Assembly: GCA_039630085.1 (NCBI GenBank)
Contig: JBCNVM010000002.1
Span: 32,001-96,000 of the forward strand
From: Candidatus Caldarchaeales archaeon
GTDB lineage: Archaea > Thermoproteota > Nitrososphaeria_A > Caldarchaeales > Calditenuaceae
Direction: 5' to 3'
DNA length: 64,000 nucleotides
Under the pieces are notes generated by a model. That model was given only the letters and a program-made list of their open reading frames with translations. It was not told where the DNA came from and ran no database searches. The position numbers and the translations under genes were made by a program. Positions 56,776-64,000 of the stretch are shown one piece after another. Position 1 is the stretch's first letter. Every line of letters begins with the position of its first letter.

Positions 56776-57561
56776 TCACGCGGTCCTCAGGTACTTCTCC
56801 TCGATGCCCTTGTACCCAACCCTCTCCAGCTCTTCGGCGAGCTCGAACCCGCCGCTTGCGATGATCCTCCCGTCGTACATGATGTGGACGTAGTCGGGCC
56901 TCAGGTAGTTCAGGATCCTCGCGTAGTGGGTGATGACGAGGGCGCCGACGTTCTCCCGCTCGACCATGTCCTTCACCGCCGCCGCGACCACCTTGACCCC
57001 GTCGATGTCGAGTCCCGAGTCGGTCTCGTCGAGGATCGCGATCTTCGGCCTCAGGGTCAGCATCTGCACGATCTCGGACCTCTTCTTCTCGCCGCCCGAG
57101 AAGCCCTCGTTCAGGTACCTCCTCGTGAAGGACTCGTCGAACTGGAGCGCCCTGAAGTTCTCCACGAGCGTCCTGTGGAACTGCGAGGGCGAGACCTTCT
57201 TCCCCTCCTCGCCGTAGATCGAGAGGTAGGCCTTCCTGAGGAAGTTAGCCATCGTCAGCCCCGTGATCTCCTGCGGGTACTGGAACGCGAGGAAGATCCC
57301 CCTCTTCGCCCTCTGGTCCGGCGTGAGGTCGAGGATGCTCTCGCCGTCGAGCCTGATGTCGCCGCTCTCGACCGTGTACTTCGGGTGGCCCATGACGACG
57401 TAGGCGGTCGTGCTCTTCCCGGACCCGTTCGGGCCCATCAGCGCGTGGATTTCGCCCTGAGAGACGGTCAGGTTCAGGCCCTTGATGATCTGTCTCCCCT
57501 CGACTCCCGCGTACAGGTCGACGATCTCCAGCCTCAAGCCTCCCTGCCCGCGAATCGCCAC
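56776..57561 (-). CDS. sufC: Fe-S cluster assembly ATPase SufC
   Basis: 'MGPNGSGKST', 'AFQYP', 'NEGFSGGEKKR', 'DETDSGLD'. Confidence 0.93.
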   Translation of the reverse strand: MAIRGQGGLRLEIVDLYAGVEGRQIIKGLNLTVSQGEIHALMGPNGSGKSTTAYVVMGHPKYTVESGDIRLDGESILDLTPDQRAKRGIFLAFQYPQEITGLTMANFLRKAYLSIYGEEGKKVSPSQFHRTLVENFRALQFDESFTRRYLNEGFSGGEKKRSEIVQMLTLRPKIAILDETDSGLDIDGVKVVAAAVKDMVERENVGALVITHYARILNYLRPDYVHIMYDGRIIASGGFELAEELERVGYKGIEEKYLRTA

Positions 57562-57604
57562 AATATCTACTTCGGGGCTCCACTCGGCCCGGACCCGTCG
57601 GCCA

Positions 57605-57763
57605 TCATTTGGTCCTCTCTTCCTCCCCCCAGAGCTCCCTCCTGAGGAGGTCCCTGACCGCGGCCCTGAGGAGCGCTGACCTGCTCGGGTAGACCCCCCT
57701 CCTTATCAGCTCGTCCATCCCCTCGACGAGGGCCTCCGGGAGCTTTACGCTGATGAGCTTCAT
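57605..57763 (-). CDS. Ribbon-helix-helix (CopG-like) regulator
   Basis: MKLISVKLPE...YPSRSALLRAAVRDLL. Confidence 0.85.
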   Translation of the reverse strand: MKLISVKLPEALVEGMDELIRRGVYPSRSALLRAAVRDLLRRELWGEEERTK

Positions 57764-57895
57764 AGCCGGTATGACCGAAGTCCTGCCACCGATTTGAGCT
57801 TTGCGCCGGAAGACGATCCCCGAAGGCGGGTACCGACGGGGGACGGGGAACGTTTTAAAGAAGGGCGGGAGTTGTGGGACCCGAGCAGGGTCGCG

Positions 57896-58186
57896 ATGGA
57901 CGTCAAGACCGAGCTGAGGGTTCTCAGGAGGACCGGGAAGGTCGTCTTCGGGTTCAGGCAGTCGTACCACGCGCTGATGCGGGGCGAGGCATCGGTCGTG
58001 CTGGTCTCGAGCGACTGCCCGGAGAGGTTCAGGAGGGAGCTGCAGGTGGTGGCCGCGATGAAGGGCGCGAAGGTCGTCGACGCGGGGATCAGCTCCAGCG
58101 AGCTCGCGAGGCTGCTCGGAAAGCCCTTCCACGCATCGACGGTCGCGGTGATCGACGCGGGATCCAGCGGCCTCGGCAAGGGGTGA
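57896..58186 (+). CDS. rpl30e: 50S ribosomal protein L30e
   Basis: 'TGKVVFG', 'ELARLLGKPF', 'DAGSS'; precedes nusA. Confidence 0.9.
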   Translation: MDVKTELRVLRRTGKVVFGFRQSYHALMRGEASVVLVSSDCPERFRRELQVVAAMKGAKVVDAGISSSELARLLGKPFHASTVAVIDAGSSGLGKG

Positions 58187-58192
58187 GCTGGG

Positions 58193-58633
58193 GTGGCTGA
58201 GGGAGGGAGGACCTCGGTCAAGATCACGGAGAGCGAGTTCCAGTACATCTCGTTCTTCCAGAGGGTGACCGACGTCCAGCCGCTCGACTGCGTCGTGATC
58301 GACGACATGGTGGTCTACGTCGTCAACGCGGGCGACGTCGGAAAGGCCGTCGGGAGGAAGGGGAACATCGTGCAGGAGCTGAAGAACATCCAGAGGAAGA
58401 GGATCAAGATCGTCGAGTTCTCGCAGGACCCGAAGAAGTTCATCGCGAACGCCCTTCAGCCCGCGACGGTTTCAGAGGTCGAGCTTGTCGAGAGGGACGG
58501 GCGATTGTTCGCGCGGGTCAAGGTCCCCGACGAGGAGAAGGGCAGGGCGATCGGGAGGGGAGGAGTGAACCTGAGGGCGGCGGCCGAGCTCGCCCGGAGG
58601 CACTTCGGCGTGGAGAGGATCGTCATCAGGTAG
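58193..58633 (+). CDS. nusA: Archaeal NusA (KH domains)
   Basis: 'AVGRKG', 'AIGRGG.N'. Confidence 0.9.
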   Translation: MAEGGRTSVKITESEFQYISFFQRVTDVQPLDCVVIDDMVVYVVNAGDVGKAVGRKGNIVQELKNIQRKRIKIVEFSQDPKKFIANALQPATVSEVELVERDGRLFARVKVPDEEKGRAIGRGGVNLRAAAELARRHFGVERIVIR

Positions 58634-58636
58634 CAG

Positions 58637-59746
58637 ATGAAGCTCGTCGTACGGACGCCGCTGGGCCTCGAGCCTGTCGTCAGGTCCAAGATCGAGCTCC
58701 TCGACCCCGGCGCGCTGGCAGTCCAGACGCCCTACGGACTGAAGGGGCTCGTCGTCGTGGAGAGCTGCTCGGACCCGGACCGGCTGAAGAGGCTGATCGA
58801 GGAGGAGGTCCCCGAGGCCGAGAGGGTGATCAGGCCCGACGTCGTTGTCCCAACGGAAGTCGACCTGATCATCGAGGCGGCGACCGCGGTCTCCAAGGAG
58901 AGGATCTCGCCCCACGAGAGCTTCGCCGTCAGGACCAGGAGGAGGGCCCGCGGGGGCTTCACGAGCCTCGAGCTGAACGCGAGGGTCGGCGCCTCGATCC
59001 AGCACGCGACCGGCGCGAGGGTCGACCTGGATAACCCGGACAAGGTCGTCGTGATAGAGGTCGTGGGCGACAGGACGGCGATCGCGGTCCTCGAGGGGAG
59101 CTCCGAGCACAGGAAGATGGCCCCGACGAAGCGGAGCTCGTGGAGGTTCTTCAACAGGGTCTCGGTTGTCCAGATGCCGTACCTCGGGACCGTCGAGGGC
59201 GCGAGGGAGGTCGGGAGGAGGATCGGGAGGTTCGTCCAGGCCTTCGAGGTCGGGGAGCTCGTGGTCGCGCCGGTCGGCGCGGTCGACGCCAGGGAGCTCT
59301 CGGCCTTCCTCGACGCGGTCTTCGAGGGCATCTCTTCGAGGTTGGAGGTCCAGAAGCGGAGCTACGGCAGGCCTGCGAGGGAGGTCAGGGTCCTGGTCCA
59401 GGACCTCTACCAACTCGTCCTCGAGAGGCGCCACGAGCCTATCTTGGTCTTCGAGCCCGAGGGCAGGGAGATCTACGGCGCGCTCCCCGAGGTGGCGGAG
59501 GCCGTCGCTAAGGCCAAGAGGATCAACGTCCTCCTGGGTTCCAGGGAGGGGATACCGAAGGGCGTATTCAGGACGGCGACCGCGGTCTTCGACCTCTGTC
59601 CCGACGTGACCCTGCCGACGGAGCTGGCCGCGCCCGCGGCGCTCATCGCGCTCTACAACCTCCTCAAGCGGGAGGGCCTGGAGGTCGAGGCATCACCTGG
59701 TGGCGGATCCGAGGAGGAAGGCGACAAGGGCGACGAACATCCATAG
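58637..59746 (+). CDS. THUMP + SPOUT RNA methyltransferase
   Basis: 'SFAVRTRRR', 'VDLDNPD', 'VQMPY', 'GSREGIPKG'. Confidence 0.85.
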   Translation: MKLVVRTPLGLEPVVRSKIELLDPGALAVQTPYGLKGLVVVESCSDPDRLKRLIEEEVPEAERVIRPDVVVPTEVDLIIEAATAVSKERISPHESFAVRTRRRARGGFTSLELNARVGASIQHATGARVDLDNPDKVVVIEVVGDRTAIAVLEGSSEHRKMAPTKRSSWRFFNRVSVVQMPYLGTVEGAREVGRRIGRFVQAFEVGELVVAPVGAVDARELSAFLDAVFEGISSRLEVQKRSYGRPAREVRVLVQDLYQLVLERRHEPILVFEPEGREIYGALPEVAEAVAKAKRINVLLGSREGIPKGVFRTATAVFDLCPDVTLPTELAAPAALIALYNLLKREGLEVEASPGGGSEEEGDKGDEHP

Positions 59747-60547
59747 CAGGTACTGGTTCTTCACGCTCCTCGAGACGGTCGGCGTTGGGCTCCGGATCAG
59801 GCGGTACGAGGAGTAGGCGAAGCCCGCGTCCGCTAACGCCACGCTCGGCAGGTAAGCCCACCCGAGGACGCCCGTGACGTAGGGCAGCGGGCTGAGCGCG
59901 ACCGCAGTCATCACGGCGCCCGCGCCCAGCCTCGAGGCGAAGGCCGCCCCCCTGACCCTCGCCACCGTCCTGACGCCCCTGACCGAGTCGCCCTCGACGT
60001 CCGCGATGCCCTTGACGACCTCCCTCCCGAGGCTCGAGAGGAAGGCCAGGGCCGCCAACGTCCCAGCACCGAGGTCCGGGACCCCGACCGCGACGGCAGA
60101 CCCGAAGAGGAAGGGAGCCGCGACCGTTGCGCTGACGGCGGCGTTCCCGATCAGCCCTGTCTGCTTAAGGCTCACGTTGTAGAAGAGAGCCAGCGCGTAA
60201 GAGGCGGCAGCGATCGCGAGGGGGAAGGCGCCGAGCGGAGCAGATGCCGCGAGTCCCACGACCCCGAGTGAGGCCGCGAGGGCCTTCGCCTCGGTCGGGC
60301 TCACCGCGCCGGACGGTATCGGCCTCTCGGGAGCGTTGACCCTGTCCGCATCGACGTCGACGAGGTCGTTGACGGCCATAGAGGATCCGTTGAGGCAGTA
60401 GGCCGCGAGGAACGAGAGCGTCAGCGGCTGGAGGTCGGGCAGCCTCCCGGAGGAGACGAAGTGGCCCGCGAGGACCGCGACGAACATCATCAGGCCGTTC
60501 GGAGGCCTGGTAAGCCTGATCAGCCCAGAGAACTTGCCCAACCTCAA
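59693..60547 (-). CDS. Digeranylgeranylglyceryl phosphate synthase (UbiA family)
   Basis: 'LTRP.N', 'ND..D...D..N.P.RPIPSG', 'REVVKGIADVEGD'. Confidence 0.85.
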   Translation of the reverse strand: MRLGKFSGLIRLTRPPNGLMMFVAVLAGHFVSSGRLPDLQPLTLSFLAAYCLNGSSMAVNDLVDVDADRVNAPERPIPSGAVSPTEAKALAASLGVVGLAASAPLGAFPLAIAAASYALALFYNVSLKQTGLIGNAAVSATVAAPFLFGSAVAVGVPDLGAGTLAALAFLSSLGREVVKGIADVEGDSVRGVRTVARVRGAAFASRLGAGAVMTAVALSPLPYVTGVLGWAYLPSVALADAGFAYSSYRLIRSPTPTVSRSVKNQYLLWMFVALVAFLLGSATR

Positions 60548-61080
60548 CCACCTGCTACGTTGACCGGAGAGACCTCGGAGCACGTGTAGTAGACGACCTC
60601 GCCCCGCCTGTCGACGATCGCGAGCAGGAGCTGCTTCCCCACGTTCTTCGAGTGCCAGACCAGCTCCATCAGGTCCGAGACCTTCACGGGGAAGCCCTCG
60701 AAGATCGGGAAGACGAAGTACTTCGCGCTGTCGGTCTTCCCCCTCTCGTAGACCATGAGGTAGAGGCCCGGGGACGGCCCGTGCCTGACGTGGTACCTCC
60801 TCCTTTTCAGGTCCCGGTAGACGACGAAGTTGATCCAGAAGCCCCTCGTCGAGCCCGAGAACCGCCTCACCAGCGAGGTGAAGTCGAGGGCGTCGCCCGC
60901 CTCGTCGACGACGATCAGCTCCCCCTCCTCGGCCAGATAGGCGGCCTCGTAGGGAGTCAGCTCGAGCGTCCCGGGCTCGACGAGCTCGCCGTATCCCCAG
61001 CTGTACAGCCTGTTGGCGGCCGCGCCCCTCACGACGACCCTCTCGTCGCCGACCATTCTGCCCTCCGCGACCTCCTCCAT
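60544..61080 (-). CDS. endA: tRNA splicing endonuclease subunit (probably the structural beta subunit)
   Basis: 'L.PYEA.YL', 'VYRDL..R', 'LLAIVD..G...YY'; catalytic Tyr/His not evident. Confidence 0.8.
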   Translation of the reverse strand: MEEVAEGRMVGDERVVVRGAAANRLYSWGYGELVEPGTLELTPYEAAYLAEEGELIVVDEAGDALDFTSLVRRFSGSTRGFWINFVVYRDLKRRRYHVRHGPSPGLYLMVYERGKTDSAKYFVFPIFEGFPVKVSDLMELVWHSKNVGKQLLLAIVDRRGEVVYYTCSEVSPVNVAGG

Positions 61081-61188
61081 CCCCGCCCCGACCGGGTCCG
61101 ACGCTTATTAGCGATGAGCGTCTCCCGGAATTCGTCCGCCGCCCTTCCCCCGGAAGCCAAATATCCGGGCGCCCCCGTGTAACCGAAG

Positions 61189-61962
61189 GTGCCGAAGCCG
61201 AACAGGATCGCGCCGGCCCTCTTGGCTGCTGCGCTACTCCTGCTCCTGATGAACAGCCCTCCGCTCGGCAGCGGCTCTAAGCAGCTCGTCGAGGTCATCT
61301 ACTTCGCGGAATTCGGGTCTGGCCAGCCCCTGCTCCACGAGGTCGAGGTGGTCGTCCTCCATTCGGTCGACTGGGGCTCTCCCAGGAGGGCGAGGGCCGG
61401 GGAGGCTGTCGTCTTCATCGCCGGCGAGGTCAGGAGGGTCGGCTCCGACGGGGCGGTGAGGCTCAAGGTCCCCAGGGGCAACCACACGCTATCGGTCTAC
61501 TGGGCCGACGGAAGGCTCGCGCCCCTGAGGACGAAGGTCTCAGTCGACAGCGACCTCTCGGTCACGGTGACATTCACCGAGGTCCGCTTGAAGCCGGCCT
61601 CGTTCATCCTCTCGCCCGACGTGACGAAGGGCGTCACTTCCCTAACGGTCGCGTTCGACCTGTTCAGGACCGAGGACGTGTACTTCGCTCCCCCGATCGT
61701 GAGGTACTTCACCTCCACCGGCGAGCTGAGGGTCGTACCGCCTGTCGTCAGGCCCGAATTGGTCTCCGCGCTCCCCTACTCGGTCAGACCGAGCTCGCTG
61801 TTCGTAGGACAGGTGGACGAGGCCGCGCTGGAGGAGGGAGCGGTGCCGTCGCAGGCGTCGATCAGCGTCGAGCTACCGGGAATAGCCGCGACCGTGCTGC
61901 CCGACAGCTACGTCCCCATGCTCGTGATAGACCACTCGGTGCGGGAAGTTGAGCGCGGCTGA
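61189..61962 (+). CDS. Exported beta-rich hypothetical protein
   Basis: Signal-like N-terminus; native codon usage. Confidence 0.55.
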   Translation: MPKPNRIAPALLAAALLLLLMNSPPLGSGSKQLVEVIYFAEFGSGQPLLHEVEVVVLHSVDWGSPRRARAGEAVVFIAGEVRRVGSDGAVRLKVPRGNHTLSVYWADGRLAPLRTKVSVDSDLSVTVTFTEVRLKPASFILSPDVTKGVTSLTVAFDLFRTEDVYFAPPIVRYFTSTGELRVVPPVVRPELVSALPYSVRPSSLFVGQVDEAALEEGAVPSQASISVELPGIAATVLPDSYVPMLVIDHSVREVERG

Positions 61963-62440
61963 GCTGTTCTACAGCCCGGCTTTCTGGGTAGCGGTGAACG
62001 CCGCGATCGCCGCGGCCCTTCTCCACGCCGTCAGGCGGTTCAGGAGGAAGAGGGCCGATGGGCCGACGCTCCGGGAGCGGTTCGGGGAGGTGAAGGCGCT
62101 CCTCGGTTCCGGAGGGTCCGGAAGGGAGTACGTCGTGACGGTCTCGAGGGCCCTGCTCAGGGACCTCAGGGCCGAGGGCTTCGTGGTCAGGGGCTCGATG
62201 AGCTTCAGGGAGGCCGTGTCCGCGGTCCTGAAGTCGGCGGGCTCCGAGGACCGGTTTGAGGACGTCGTCAGGTCCTTCGAGGACGCGAGGTACGGTGGGT
62301 CCAATCCCGATGACCGGGAGGTCGAGGACTTCAGGCGCAGGGTAGGGGAGCTCATCGGCCTCCTAGAGGTCTCCCTGTCAGCTCCCGGTGAAGCTCGACG
62401 ATCGCGCGGCGCGGATCAGGGCCGAGCGGCCCCCCGATGA
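61949..62440 (+). CDS. Membrane-anchored DUF4129-like protein
   Basis: N-terminal TM; 'SMSFRE', 'FEDARYG'. Confidence 0.55.
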   Translation: MSAAELFYSPAFWVAVNAAIAAALLHAVRRFRRKRADGPTLRERFGEVKALLGSGGSGREYVVTVSRALLRDLRAEGFVVRGSMSFREAVSAVLKSAGSEDRFEDVVRSFEDARYGGSNPDDREVEDFRRRVGELIGLLEVSLSAPGEARRSRGADQGRAAPR

Positions 62441-63317
62441 CCAAGCCGTCGATTTCCTTGAGCGGCAACCCTTCGATCGCCCTCGAGACGTCCTCCGCGG
62501 TCCCCGCGAGGGCCACGGACGAAGCCACATCGTCCGGAAGCTCCTCCCTCACCTCCTGCCACCTGCCTGCCCTCACGAGGTCCCTGACGCGGTCGAGCAG
62601 CCCCTCGTCGACGCCCAACCTCGCCGCGTACTCGGCCGGAGAGCCCGCGAGCACCACCGCGACGTACGGCTTGACCGCCCTGAGGGCCTTCGCGCGGTCC
62701 TCGCAAACGGAGACCATCAGCCCAACCTCGACCGCGACCGTCCTTCCGGCCCTCTCGGCGGAGGACCTCACGAGCCTCGCCGACTCCTCGATGAAGGGGA
62801 GGTTCGTCGGGTTGATGAGCGCGCCGTCCCCCTCCTCCCCCGCCAGCTCGAGCATCTTCGGGCCCTGGGCCGCGACGTAGATCCTGACCTCCGAGGCCGG
62901 CCTGAAGTCGAGCCTCACCCCGCCAGCGAGCCCCTCGCCTCCCAAGAGTGCCCTCACGGACCTCACGCAGGCCCTCACCCTCTCGACCGGGTTCTCCCTC
63001 CGGACGCCGAGAGCCTCGAGGGTCGTCGCGTCCCCGGCTCCGATCCCCAGCATCACCCTTTCCGGCCCGACCTCCGTGAGCGTCGCCGCGACCTGCGCGA
63101 TCAACGCCGGGTGGTAGGCGTACGGGTTCAGGACGCCTAATCCGACCTCGGCCCTCCTCAGCCTCGAGAGGAGGTAAGCGGCCGTGACAACCGAGGACCT
63201 GTTGAAGAAGTGCTCGGAGAGCCAGACCGCGTCGAACCCGAGCCTCTCGGCCAACCCCGCTAGGACCCCGATCTCCCAAGTCGGCGACCTCGGCGCGAGC
63301 TCGACTGAGACCCTCAT
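62352..63317 (-). CDS. Mer-like LLM F420-dependent reductase
   Basis: 'WLSEHFFNR', 'NPY..HPA', 'GIGAGD', 'AAQGPKML', 'GGPLGPD'. Confidence 0.8.
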   Translation of the reverse strand: MRVSVELAPRSPTWEIGVLAGLAERLGFDAVWLSEHFFNRSSVVTAAYLLSRLRRAEVGLGVLNPYAYHPALIAQVAATLTEVGPERVMLGIGAGDATTLEALGVRRENPVERVRACVRSVRALLGGEGLAGGVRLDFRPASEVRIYVAAQGPKMLELAGEEGDGALINPTNLPFIEESARLVRSSAERAGRTVAVEVGLMVSVCEDRAKALRAVKPYVAVVLAGSPAEYAARLGVDEGLLDRVRDLVRAGRWQEVREELPDDVASSVALAGTAEDVSRAIEGLPLKEIDGLVIGGPLGPDPRRAIVELHRELTGRPLGGR

Positions 63318-63470
63318 GCCCTCGCGGCTTGCCCCGGTGCCCCGTCTCTTCGGGATCGTAAAGACCTTCGGCCGACGAACCCCTCAGCGGTCCGCGGAGG
63401 CCGAGGCCCTTGACCAGAACCCGACTCATCCTCCGGCCCTCCTTTTTAGTGAGGGCGGAGGCCGCAGGCC

Positions 63471-64000
63471 GTGCTGGGCTACGTAAGTCCCAAGGCTACC
63501 GTGAAGGGCGTCGTGATCGAGGGCGCGGTCGTGCTCGGGCCCTCGAGGATCGGCGAGGGATCGATCGTCGACTCGATGACGACCGTAGGCTATCCCATGA
63601 GGTCGAAGCTCCTAGGACTGAAGGAATCCGGGATCGGGTCGCTCGACGAGGTCAGCTCCGGGAGCGAGCTCGGCAGGAGGTGCGTCGTGAGGAGGGGATG
63701 CGTCGTCTACGAAGGCGCTGTCTTGGGGGACGAGGTCGAGCTCGGCCACAACGTCCTGATCAGGTCCGGGAGCGTGGTTGGGAGGGGGACTAGGATAGGC
63801 ACCGGGACGCAGCTGGACGGCGAGGTCACTGTGGGAGAGGGGTGCTCGATCCAGTCGATGTGCTACCTCCCCCACCTGACCAAGGTCGGTTCCGGGGTCT
63901 TCATGGGCCCGAACGTCGTCGTGATGAACGACCGATATCCGCCCAGCGACCGGCTCGAGGGCGCCGAGATCATGGACGGGGCAGTGATAGGCGCAGGTGC
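63471..64000 (+). CDS. Hexapeptide-repeat acyltransferase (runs off the window)
   Basis: Manual translation from GTG: LGYVSPKATVKGVVIEGAVVLGPS...VFMGPNVVVMNDRYPP; left-handed beta-helix repeats. Confidence 0.8.
   Translation, partial: MLGYVSPKATVKGVVIEGAVVLGPSRIGEGSIVDSMTTVGYPMRSKLLGLKESGIGSLDEVSSGSELGRRCVVRRGCVVYEGAVLGDEVELGHNVLIRSGSVVGRGTRIGTGTQLDGEVTVGEGCSIQSMCYLPHLTKVGSGVFMGPNVVVMNDRYPPSDRLEGAEIMDGAVIGAG

Noticed and set aside
62352-63317. Mer as evidence of methanogenesis
   Set aside because: Mer-like LLM enzymes are widespread in non-methanogens; no other C1 pathway genes in the window
1-64000. Many long antisense or alternate-frame ORFs (e.g. 53095-54612, 36567-37847, 16078-17211)
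   Set aside because: Shadow ORFs of high-GC coding sequence; R/G/P-rich, no motifs, overlapping well-supported genes

Overview
High-GC, gene-dense, mostly housekeeping window from a thermophilic TACK-type archaeon. It looks Aigarchaeota/Caldarchaeales-like, inferred from gene content only. About 70 real CDSs. They cover translation and RNA processing (uS15, eL43, eL30, Spt5, NusA, SecE, RNase P Pop5/Rpp30, Clp1, EndA subunit, Pcc1, DtdA), archaeal lipid synthesis (CarS, MvaD-type decarboxylase, prenyl-PP synthase, tetraether synthase Tes, DGGGP synthase), central metabolism (FBPA/ase, Mdh, GlmS, HisF/I) and a peptide uptake/peptidase cluster. No rRNA, tRNA, CRISPR array or transposase was recognised. 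Main observations: (1) A visibly lower-GC five-gene operon convergent on tes encodes an alkyl-DHAP-synthase-like flavoenzyme, a glycerol-kinase-like FGGY kinase, a GlpA-type G3P dehydrogenase pair and a membrane AlkP-superfamily enzyme resembling eukaryotic GPI ethanolamine-phosphate transferases, next to a Gaa1/ERMP1-architecture M28 protein. (2) An exported coiled-coil stalk protein carries a cytoplasmic AbrB DNA-binding domain. (3) A box C/D guide RNA has its own promoter. (4) There is an unlisted 41-aa zinc-finger microprotein. (5) There are candidate structured RNAs and a recurring TGAAACGG motif. All calls come from motif recognition by eye; no database search was run.
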